This document shows, in pieces, positions 27,064 through 39,500 of a DNA stretch of 64,000 nt (the stretch's first letter is position 1; each line of letters starts with the position of its first letter). The stretch covers positions 7,244,193-7,308,192 of the forward strand of contig CM082595.2 in NCBI GenBank assembly GCA_040954595.2, read 5' to 3'. The DNA comes from Balanoglossus misakiensis. Its lineage: Eukaryota > Animalia > Hemichordata. A program made the position numbers and the translations under genes. Under the pieces are notes generated by a model. The model saw nothing but the letters and a program-made list of their open reading frames with translations, was not told where the DNA came from and made no database searches.

Positions 27064-28860
27064 CAAACACGGACACATCAACGCAGCAGATGAGCGTGTC
27101 GACCCGGAGCTCGTTGCAAAAAATACCCATATGTTAGATTACATATTGGCGTAAACACTCACAGACTATTTTACGACAATTTCTCAAGAAACATCATCCT
27201 GCAACTTTTTTACCGTTGAAATTATCGATTTGTGGTGTCATTTCGTTATCCAGGCGTAGTGCCTTCGAAATGGGATGTATTTTCTCCAGACGGGACAGAG
27301 AACAAACACTGGTTGGCCATACTGAGTGGAGGAAATTAGATCATGGTTTTTCACAGAGTGAAAAAGGCTACTGCTTTGGTCTTCAAGGGTTGCCCGTACA
27401 GTGTCCACATAGTGTATTCAAAGAAGAAGCGAGGCATACAGTCCGGAAGGTAATAAATGGGTGTGTGTACACGATAATTGTCCTGGGGTATTATCAAAAA
27501 TTCTGCCAGTTATGTCAAATTATTCCCCGTTCACCTCATTCCCCTTTTCCGCCAGTGTTTGCCATCAGGGCAAACTATGCAGACTTTTTGTGTTCGATTT
27601 CGAGAAATCGTTTAGTTTTTGTGACATACAAGCTGAGCAGATGTACAAAGGTTTTCGCCAGTGTGGAGATTTCTTCCAAGGAATAGCTATGTCAATGTGA
27701 CAAAACAGCGACGATTAGCAGGACACATCCTCAGTGAAGCAATGGTGCCAAAAACCAATTAACGTCTATAGGCAACCGGTCTTGTGTCATATCTACTTCT
27801 CGCTTTGTTACAGGCACATGTTGGAGCATCCCAATTATTGGACCTTCAACCACATCTTCCAGTACTAGGAGTGCAAAACCCTCAGGTAAGCGTTCTGCCT
27901 ATGTTGATCTGGTTTTGAGTAGCTTTTTTATTATTTGCATTCACCTCCCTATTTATTCGGCGTCGTTTTATTTCATTAAGTTGACCATCTTTACTGTACA
28001 GTCACGACACTGTTTCGATCGAGCATGCGCCTGAGCGACCGTGACGCAAGGACCTAATGTTAAGTCATGTCACCTCAGTGGATTATGCCACTGCTAAGCC
28101 ATATGAGTATATCTAGGCCTAGTTTCCTATTCTCTTTCTCAGGTCATTTCAGACAACCAACGCGGAAATAATATGCAGGATTATTGGAAATCTCGTCTTG
28201 ACGTTTGAGGAATCCAAGCGTGACAGAAAAATAGCTTTTTTATGTAATAACTTGAACACAAACCTAACTTTGTGTGCAAATATGAATTACTGCTTAGAAG
28301 TTATTAAGTTAATGTCATACGATAAATAATATTTTGAAAAAAAAGTTTTAACTGTCTTTTGTAAAATCACTATTAAAAATATATTTTGTGAAGGTTTCGT
28401 TTGTATGATTATCATTACAGGTAGCATATAGTATCTTCTGTTTACGTCGCCAGTTGAACAACACCAGTTGCATTAACGTTAATCCCACCTGATTTCCAAA
28501 GCAAGCAAAGTTTGGGAAAATCACTAGTGCCGCAAACCACATCATGATTTATGGCCACACTGCAGGGCATGATTGCTCTAACAAGTGGTTTACTTCAATT
28601 CTCATTTAAAATATATGCCACAAAGGTTATCAGGACAGCGTCATCGGTTGTGACCCGATTAGACCTAACAGCACGGGGATTCAGTATTGACATCACACTG
28701 ACAGCTTACAGCCTGAAAGGTCAAATGTACGTCACCTAACCTGTCTTTAGGTGACTACACATTGAAAATAATATACACTAACACTGGCATGTCGCATTAA
28801 ATCTCCCCTCAATTATATCATAGTGTGTCCAACAGGAATTGACTACCACAACATCAACTG

Positions 28861-29143
28861 TAGACTAGCCCACTAGTCGCTTGGTGATTTTTAAATCTCA
28901 ATACTTGTTGTGTTTTCGGTGGTTTTTTTGTCTTAATAAATAATTTCAAGTTTTTGGTAGTGAGGCGAGTTTCGACTTTGGGACTGAGCTCGTGGTTTCG
29001 GGTAGCGTCGACCAAGCGTTCCCTTGACGTACATACGCGCTCATACTCGGTGACTTTCACTCCACACATAGAGAAATTCGGAACAAGTTTTTTAAACGTA
29101 TTTATTATGAAATAATGAAGCCCATAGACTTGGAGCAAGTCTA
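28861..29143. mobile_element. TAGACT...AGTCTA element with perfect 9-bp TSD (AcademH-type)
   Basis: CATCAACTG|TAGACTAGCCCACTAGTCG...TAGACTTGGAGCAAGTCTA|CATCAACTG. Confidence 0.85.
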
Positions 29144-29470
29144 CATCAACTGCAGCATATTAACTAAATAACTTATTGATTGTCGGCAGATTCCAATATC
29201 CGGGAATGGGTTAATACACGGTCACTCCACACTGACCATCGTCGCAAACCCCGGCCCTTTTACGGCAGCGCTCTGCTCCCCGTGATTTCGATCGTGAAAC
29301 GAAAGAAATCCGTAGTCTGGTGGGGCGAGAATGACACTGACTGACCGGCCTATTATTTTGACCGATACCCATTCTGTCAATTTCGTTATTCTCTATGGAG
29401 GTGCTGTGCGGTGAAAATAATAAGAAACAATACTCAGCGTTGTCTCCGTCATCTCTGTGAAACTATTGCG

Positions 29471-29825
29471 GATCTCTGTCAAATCTTGCCGATCTCTGTC
29501 AAAACTTGCCGATCTCTGTCAAACTTGCCGATCTCTGTCAAAATTGCTGATCTCTGTCAAATCTTGCCGATCTCTGTCAAAACTTGCCGATCTCTGTCAA
29601 AACTTGCCGATCTCTGTCAAACTTGCCGATCTCTGTCAAAATTGCTGATCTCTGTCAAATCTTGCCGATCTCTGTCAAAACTTGCCGATCTCTGTCAAAA
29701 CTTGCCGATTTCTGTCAAACTTGCCGATATCTGTCAAAGCTGCCGATCTCTGTCAAAGCTGCCGATCTCTGTTATAGCTGCCGATCTCTGTCAAAACTTG
29801 CCGATCTCTGTCAAACTTGCCGATC
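29471..29825. repeat. 19-20-bp minisatellite (GATCTCTGTCAAAACTTGCC), about 18 units
   Basis: Direct tandem units with variant blocks. Confidence 0.95.
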
Positions 29826-30039
29826 AACACTTCCACACTTATTATTAGGATTTTCCCATTGTACTTTTATCAAATCAAGGTTTAATATCAAAGAATTCAC
29901 ACACATGTGGTAATTACCTGTTTATTGATTTAATCCATTTGTGCTGATGATTTGGTTATGCTTTTTATCACAGGCAATCATTACTCATCTGTAGCAAAAC
30001 TGCAACATTGTACTTTCATACTTGTTGAACTTTAGAGGA

Positions 30040-30085
30040 TATCATCTTCCTCGTCGTCCTCCTCCTCCTCCTCCTCCTAATCATT

Positions 30086-30167
<82 letters not shown>

Positions 30168-30175
30168 CCACCACC

Positions 30176-30229
<54 letters not shown>
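30040..30229. repeat. Compound (CCT)n(CAT)n(CAC)n microsatellite
   Basis: Visible trinucleotide runs. Confidence 0.95.
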
Positions 30230-30596
30230 TTACACTAGATTACACATTATATTTCATAGGTTATATGTAAATTATGATAAACAACGTGTTGGTCCCTACG
30301 TCGTGCATGCAAATGTATCAATATTTAAGTTTGACCAGCATCATCCTTTCAAATAAATATGTCACAAGATTGAAAGATTCTAAAGTCATTATAATAATGA
30401 AAGTATGTATCGAAAAGTCCAGTCTATCAATTCCCAACGGTTTGATATCGTCAGCATATAGTTTAAATTCGAGAAAGTTTGTAGAATTGGTAATATCGTT
30501 CTAATAATACAAAACAACGATTTTCTACAACGCTTTGTTCTTCCTTGTCAACGTGATATCGATGTTCGCTTAGGTGTGTTGAAACTCGTCCGCTGA

Positions 30597-33500
30597 TTAC
30601 AGGTGATTACCCATACACACGGTGGAGTTTACCTTAGATGACGGCGATACCTGGATATGGAATGGCATATGGACAATTGTTTTAATACTTGTGGGGACAC
30701 TGGTGAAGTGCCAAATAAGATTCTCCCTCTCACATGTATAATGCCACGGAGAGTGGTACATAGGAGACAGTTCAAGTATACCTTTGTCAGATTGATACTT
30801 TAGCGTAGAATAGAGAAAATAATGGAACTAAGGCGGGTCATATAGGTTTAAATCGTGTCAAACCAGTTTAAACGCCTTTATAGAATTGATAGCACCATGA
30901 CGAATCAACCATTGTGGTTTCTTTAACATTTAGTGTTACATCTCCATGATACAGTGTGAAAAACGTCTAGGTTAAGATGCCGCTAATTCAAACATTTCTC
31001 AATATTTATCACCATGGTTAAAGTGACTGTCTTTATCACTAAATTATAACCCGATGATTGTACGGAATATATCCACTTGTGCTATGTTATATAAAATTCT
31101 TTAAACCCCCCAAAATATAATAATATTTATACGCTGTACATAAACGATACAGCAGAAAATAAAAGACAGTCATATAACCATACCCGACATCCGTCACGGC
31201 TCCAGATATCAGAGTTGTCCATCGAATAAACACAAGTTACTTGTTTAGCAGCCATTATGAACGTGACGTTTTGCACTGGAAAACAAGGAATTTAATTAAA
31301 CATAAAGCTATTCTGCAATGATCCGTGTGTATATTAATTTTCGTGGTGGAGAGTAGTCTGTTGTACTTTCACTCGCTGCTCTCGTGAAAGTGCCGCGGGA
31401 GAATACACCTCGAAACTCGTGAAAATAATTTCTGTACGGCACAGAGGTCATGGATATTTGTCATAGAACACGCTATCTTAATGCTCATAATTCATCAATT
31501 CTACGTGAGGAAATCAAATACAGTTTCGGATTTTTAGGAAGTTTAAAACTTACACTGCGGGATGGCAAAGGTTAAATAGTAAAGTCCGGTCCTGAAGAAG
31601 TAGTGTTCTGGAATGAACATACTGGAACGGTTCCCATAAAACTGGACATCCAGGGAGAACATGTAGCCACGATAGTTATCAGTGTAGTCGACAATCTCAT
31701 TGAAGACGTAGGCTGTGGTATTTCCATACATGGTTTCCGAATTTTCGAGTGAAATGATAACTGCATGCAACAACATATTTATCTGCAAAGAGAAGTGCAG
31801 AAATACACACTGAAATACACTCAGTCACAAATGTGCATGGTAGTAGTAGAACCAAACCAAATATTTAATTAAACAAACAAACAAACAAACAAACAAACAA
31901 ACAAACAAACAAACAAACAAACATTTTTATCGTTCACCTACGTTGATATACGTGCTGAAATAGGTGACGTTAACAGCTTCGATATATACACCTCCAATCG
32001 ACTCATGAGTATCCGGAGGAGGGGGGTCACTTGCAAACGCAATGATGATGTCCTCTTCTGTGGCAAGAACTGGAAGATTTAATAGAGAAGACCGAGTACG
32101 GATTGATGTGAGATGATTTCTGCTGTCAGCTTTTCAATATATACCATAGTTATCAATGCCTTGAGACAAGTTAGTCACGCAAATGAGGATAAATCACGAA
32201 TGGAAAGTAAAAAGAGATTTTAACATTTCTCTTTATGAAAGAAACACTAAAATGTCAAGCAAACTCAGCCTGACATTACTTAGATTTTTTTTAAAAAAGA
32301 CATACCTTCTATTTCACTGTCCTGACTGTCCGTGAACGACAAACTTACGACATCGTTGGCAAAGAAACCACTTCTGTCGTCATATTGGAGGCATCTCCTA
32401 TTCACACTTGTAACCTGTGCATGTTCAGAAGAAAGCCTTTTTAGGCCACTGCTATAATCAGTAGAGCAACCCAACCCGTACCCGTGTCTGTGACGTGACA
32501 CCCAGGCTCTGGATCTTGCTGGGCCGTACTTTTGCACTCCCTCGACAAGACAAGCCATCAAACGGGTAGTAGACACTAATACCTAGTGCCATGTACGTGT
32601 GTGAAAACTACCCGTACCTGCATGCAGTGATTGCGTATACATGTACGACCGCCCTGTGTGCAATAAGTAAAATTAACAGGTCTGGAACCTTGTAAGTAAA
32701 CATCGATATATGTTTGCATGTCTTGCAATAACGACACGCCTCACTATTTGAACTTGTTGTATTATAAACACGAGAGCAGTCTTGTAGTTCACGCGTAAGG
32801 AAAGAGTGACTTAAAAAAACTTACTATCGTATTAATATGTTCTCCTGGAGTAAAGTTTGAGAATATTTTCTCTGCTGGTGGAATGACCACGGCATTACCA
32901 TCTCCCACTTTTATCTCTGAGTTAGTTAAATTCTCAACGGTGCTGACTTTCAAATACAAATTGATGTTTCTTGTATTCACCACGATTGGACCACTGCCAG
33001 GTTTAGAGTTGCGCAAAGCAAATTTTGAGATGACGTCGGTTGCACGAAGCAGAGCTGTTACCAGTGACTGACTGTCGTAATGACTGTCACTGGATGATGA
33101 CGCCAGGGATGTCGTTGCATTAATGAGTGAATCAATGAAGTGCACCATTCCTGCAAGGAGTATATCGATTTTTTTAATGAAACCATGTGCATGAATAATA
33201 TTCAGCTAAATTAGTTGCTATTTATATTAGCAGATTTTGAAATCAAATCCCTTTGTTGGAAATAATATTGTGACAGCGCTGGTTATCAAACCCTGGGCCA
33301 CTTCAAAAGCTTTCAATTGTTTAGACTGAGTGCTGGCAAAAATGGAGAGACAAAATGACATCATTGTCTTATACAGATATTAACGGCATCGAATTTCGTG
33401 ACCCCATCTACAGGTCATCGTCGTTAAACCACAGGTGCCTTTAACATAGCACACTTTTGATATCAAAATGCTGGCAAAAGAACTACATAGGCCAAATATT

Positions 33501-36500
33501 TCCACATCTGTTTCTGCAGTGGATATGACCTCGGAGAAGAGCAAGAGATGAAAGTATTGCAAACGGTTGATCACACATTACAATTCATTATGATGGCTTA
33601 AATTATAAGACACTTTTAAGAATCGCAAATCATTGAACAGCAGCAAGTGTCCGAATTTCTGTAGAAGCAAACCTTTCTTTCATGCACTGGGACGGGGCCT
33701 TAATCGCAAAAGGCAAACTGTTGCAAGGTTTACTGCAAAGATGAAGACTTTCTAATAAATTCAACGTCACTTGCCTTCAGCCATATCTTGCCGTTCTGCT
33801 GCAGACACAGTCAAGTTGAAACCCCGAAGTCCAGAAATCGTGTCCGAAAAGTTGTTCAAAACCTCTATTATCTGTAGAAGTATAATAGAGTTAAACATAA
33901 ATGAACATTCGAAATTATGCTTCCACAGTTGTTGCCCATGCAATTGAAATAAATCCTTGTCGAGCTGTACACTACACTGCGGCGTAGTGTTAATTTTTAC
34001 AGCAGGGTAATCATGGGCAGTCAACCTGAACGTCACTGGAACATATTGTTATCTCCCTATCTACTCCAAATACATTAAATCAAATACTACCAAACATTGT
34101 CTCTATTACGTTTACATTCCCGAGCCTTGGATTAGTTGACCTATAGAATCCTTTTTGACCTTTATACAGATTTGACCTTAATACAGATCGTAACAATAGT
34201 ACTCCGTTATGTGCAAGGTTCCGCCTCGCACATTAATGTCGTTTACTAAGGTATAATTGCAGCGTATATTATTAATTATGTACTTACATTTAAAGGTCTT
34301 TCATTGACAACTAAAGGTCTTACAACACCTTCATTGATGTACCGTATGGAGTAGTCAACATGAACAATAAATGAAACATAAAAGAATCAAAATAAGAATC
34401 TCAAATGGCCCCAACACAATGTGAAACAAATTGTATAATAGAAAGGCCTTCAACAGTAGGGGGAAGTAATATTTTATCCAAGCCGTCTACTTGAACTGGC
34501 GATTAAGCCAACTTTTCCATAAAGTAGTTAATAGTATATATATTAGATTTATTTTTACATGATTAACCATGTAGATGAAAAAAAAACGGCTGACACTTTA
34601 CCTTTGACTGTAACAGAAATTGAACAAGAAGCGGAATTTCCGTAAGGATCCTTAGCTGTGTATGATACAAGAGTAACACCTATGGTAAAGTTGCTCCCTG
34701 GTTCATGGCTGCCAGACACAGTCACATTTCTGGAATTGTCGCTCGCATTCGGAAATGACCATGTCACTGGGATTGTAGGATTGTCCAAGTATGTCGTTGT
34801 TTCAATGTCTGATGGACATGTGATGACAGGGTTTTCAGTATCTGCAAAATGTTGAGAGGAACGAGAGAAGTGATATTGGTTGGTCACGAAAGAGCTGTTT
34901 GTTCAATACCTTCAGTAATTCTTTTAAATGTAAAGTTCCATGTCCTGTCGAAGGCGAATTTGAAGCCTAATCTCACCATAACTTGTTACAAGACATAGTT
35001 CAAAAAGCTTGGCGTTCAAGTTATGAACATATGTTATTACTTTATTCTCATTAAATACAATGTATGGGAAATGCTGTGTGACGGAAAAATAATATAGCCC
35101 GCCCGCCATTAATTCTTGAAAGGGAATATGCCTGAAAAATAATCACCAACGACTCACCTGCAGTCGGACAACATGAAAGCGAACTTGCAAAATAAGCTTT
35201 ACAGGTGTTTTTTCTTACGAGCTCTGCTGAAAAAAAAATTAAGTATTCTGAATTGATAAGTCTTCGTTATTATTCTCACCCCTGTAGTGTCCCCAAAGTC
35301 CCGAAGGAACACGCCATTTCATGTTTATATGTACTTCAAAACTAGAATACAAAACAATTTCGCACACAATCGGGAAAAAAATGACTGTATCCAAGATCCC
35401 AGTTTGACCTGAAGTGCAAAAGGATAACCCCGTTGGTATACTAACTAGGTGGATAATATCCTGAACTTTTAGTTGCCCCCCCCCCCCCGGGTCTGATCAG
35501 AAATTTAACTTTTGATTTAAATGAAAGTATTTCTACAATCTACAACATAACGGCACTTATACGTACGTGTGCTCCACTACAGGTGTCGACACACACCATT
35601 CTACAGTATTTAGAGACACAATGTAGTTTGTATGGGAGGATATTTACATGTGACACTGGACCAGAAAGAAAGTTCGAATTTTGTATACAAAATTTAACTT
35701 GTATTACCTGGCCAGAAACCCGTTGCTACGAGTAATTAAACAAATCTCGCAAGTTCTCGCAATGACCGGAAAATCATCAAGGGGGATCGTAGAACAATAA
35801 CAAAAGTCTGTACTGGAGGACACTGCAAAGTGATGATAAAACAAAATACTTACGGAGGACACCATTGCCATTTACGAGAAACGGAGCGAGATTCCACGTT
35901 ATATAAGAACCTCCCTCATAAGTTCCCGCTGCCACCTCAGCAATGTCATTCCCAGACAGTTTAGTGGTCCACACATTCAGTCCTGTTAAACTACCTGTCA
36001 CCAGTGCCGAATTTGTATCGAAGTTCCCTCCCCCGACGTTGAGTTGTTCCTGTCCCAAAACTAACCGGCCACCGCCAGGTATAGGCTCGCCCGGGTTTAA
36101 GCCATCGCCATTCTGGTAGAGGACGCTGTTGTCGTAGTATTCCCACGCGCCATTCTCAGATACCCATGTGGCACACACGTGGTGCCAAGTGCCAGTGTTC
36201 ACCACTAACGGCGTGCTGATCGATTGGCCTGTTATCACAAGGAGCATGCCAGACATATACCCCGTAGAGTAAGACATTAGCAGTCCGTCGTGGTGCTGAG
36301 GAGATGCATAGGACACCAGTGAGACCCGCCCAGACTGTGTGGTTATTAACCAGAGACACACTGTCACGGTATCCAGATTCGGAATATCTTTTGAAATAGT
36401 TACATCCGTGTCTGCATCGTGAAATTCCAGAATTATACTGCAAACTGGGGGGAAATCGAATGCATAATATCAGATTCATATAAAAAGTATCACATGCTAT

Positions 36501-39500
36501 CACATTCACACAGTATCATAAAATTCCATTTATACGATTAATCTGAACATCTTACAAACGCATGTGGAGGGTCTGTCACTCTATATACCAGGCAATTTTG
36601 ACGGTGTTACCCGAATTTATTTTCTATCACTTACCTGAACAAAGAACGCCGGCATCCTGACTGTGCCCACAATCGCGTACAATACTAAAGCCGGAGCAGG
36701 TGTTGATATCACTTTCATGTCCACTACAATTAACGTTGTCTATATATATTGGACCGTCTCCTTCTCCAAACCATGCTCCATTATAGGCGATTCCAAAATT
36801 GCCACTGAAATAGATCAGGCATTCAGCGTTTAGAAAACGTGCTTACGTCCCATGCAGGAAGTGCGCTTGTTAACTGACCTGACGCGCTCGTTTCGCACCA
36901 GCACTGCTCCAAAGGAAGCATGCATGTCAGTTTAATTTTGTGCAGTCTCCGGTGCTGGCCATCAAAGATTCGTAACCGGGCATATTAAAGTCGTGTTAAG
37001 TAGAAACGACACTAAAATCATGATATGGCCAGGTATTGTAATATAGAGGTTCCATAATGTATGTGTCCGTATCCGTGTGTGTGTGTGTGGGGGGGTGAGT
37101 GTGCTCGCATGAATTAAGTGTACAGAATAATAATAAATTCACCCATAAAAGTGGTTCAATGAAGCATGGGTCAGTCTCTATACCACAAATCTTGTCATTA
37201 CCTATATCCTAAATGACGACACACAACTGTTGCAGCATTATCATCAAAGCCGTCATCACAGACTGTTCCCCACTGACCATTGTGAAATATTTCAACACGT
37301 CCTTGGAACAGATTTGCTCCTCCTACCAAGCGAGTGTCGCCTTCACCTGGATGTGTGTGTTGAGGGAATGGGAAATAACAGTTACTTTAGTTTACTTGTT
37401 TAAGTTGTATGTGTAAAAAACGAGCAACTACAAAGCAAGGTCAAGCACACACTCTGGGAATATTGCGTTTGCCTCGCATGGTTCAACATAAACGTTTACT
37501 TTTCACAACTTACCTACACAAAGAACACCGACATCTTCAGAATGCTGACAATTGTGTACTCCCCACCCAAGATTGGGGCAGGAAGTGAGAGCCACTTCAA
37601 TTCCGTGACACTTCAGGTCATCCAGCCATATCGGATCAGCCCCGTGTCCAAAATGAGCATTTGAAAATGCGAATCCAGGCCGTTGACTGGGGTTGTTCAT
37701 GCATTTAGCGTTTAGGAAACAAAGCAGTTACTGCAACAATGCACGTGTGGGGGAGGGGGTTCGTTCAAGTATGTGTGTATTGAATTACAGAACTAATAAT
37801 AAATCCATCCAAAGCGATACAGTGAAGTCGCGGACGAAATAGCAATAGAGATTTGCCGTTTGGCGAGTGCTATATGGAGCGAATTGCACCCAAACCGAGT
37901 GTATACCCCGACTGAGGCGGGGATTATTGATATTATATTATATTATATGAACAATTGACTTTGTGACTTATCAGTGTCAGAAAAGTTACGAACGTGAACC
38001 ACTTGAAGCTCGCGACGATGAATGTAAACACGACCGCCCGGGTTCGAACATTACAGTAAACATGAAGCAGACGACAAAAAGTGACAAGACAGGCATAGCG
38101 CATGGCAAAGCATTTCCAAAATAAAACGTCCGTCAATTCAACAGTGTTTTAATTTTATTTATTTGGTTTTAACCCCATGCGACCGTGGTTCAACCGCACA
38201 TTTTCGCTGCCGCATGCTAGTTCAGGGGCCAGTTTTAGCAGAGCTATATTGAGGTTTTTAGCATCGCTGAATTGTGCTCTCGTCCAATCAGAATGGTGGA
38301 TGGTAGCATGATATAATTTAATTACCTATATCCTAAATGACGACACACAACTGTTGCAGCATTATCATCAAAGCCGTCATCACAGACTGTTCCCCACTGA
38401 CCATTGTGATATATTTCAACACGTCCTTGGAACTGATTTGCTCCTCCTACCAAGCGAACGTCGCCTTCACCTGGATGTGTGTGTTGAGGGAATGGGAAAT
38501 AACAGTTACTTTAGTTTACTTGTTTAAGTTGTATGTGTAAAAAATGAGCAACTACAAAGCAAGGTCAAGCACACACTCTGGGAATATTGCGTTTGCCTCA
38601 CATGGTTCAACATAAACGTTTACTTTTCACAACTTACCTACACAAAGAACACCGACATCTTCAGAATGCTGACAATTGTGTACTCCCCACCCAAGATTGG
38701 GGCAGGAAGTGAGAGCCACTTCAATTCCGTGACACTTCAGGTCATCCAGCCATATCGGATCAGCCCCGTGTCCAAAATGAGCATTTGAAAATGCGAATCC
38801 AGGCCGTTGACTGGGGTTGTTCATGCATTTAGCGTTTAGGAAACAAAGCAGTTACTGCAACAATGCACGTGTGGGGGAGGGGGTTCGTTCAAGTATGTGT
38901 GTATTGAATTACAGAACTAATAATAAATCAATCCAAAGCGATACAGTGAAGTCGCGGACGCAATAGCAATAGAGATTTGCCGTTTGGCGAGTGCTGTATG
39001 GAGCGAATTGCACCCAAACCGAGTGTATACCCAAACTGAGGCGGGGATTTTTGATATTATATTATATTATATGAACAATTGACTTTGTGACTTATCAGTG
39101 TCAGAAAAGTTACGAACGTGAACCACTTGAAGCTCGCGACGATGAATGTAAACACGACCGCCCGGGTTCGAACATTACAGTTAACATGAAGCAGACGACA
39201 AAAAGTGACAAGACAGGCATAGCGCATGGCAAAGCATTTCCAAAATAAAACGTCCGTCAATTCAACAGTGTTTTAATTTTATTTATTTGGTTTAACCCCA
39301 TGCGACTGTGATTCAACCGCACATTTTCGCTGCCGCATGCTAGTTCAGGGGCCAGTTTTAGCAGAGCTATATTTAAGCAATAAAACACCCCCAGCCATGG
39401 TATATCACGAGATTTTGACCAGTTCACGACATATACGCACGAGCGATAGCGAGTGCGTATATGGAGTTGAACTGGTCAAAATCGAGTGGTATACCATGGC

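Noticed and set aside
27216-27700. 156-aa and 79-aa ORFs
   Set aside because: No recognisable motifs in any frame I translated and no phase-consistent exon chain.
29471-29825. CRISPR-like array
   Set aside because: Contiguous tandem units with no unique spacers, in eukaryotic DNA with no cas genes.
29411-29913. ORFs with LRR-like repeats (CRSLSKLADL)
   Set aside because: These are translations of a 19-20-bp minisatellite that is open in several frames; not a gene.
30016-30270. Poly-His and poly-Met ORFs
   Set aside because: Trinucleotide microsatellite artefact.
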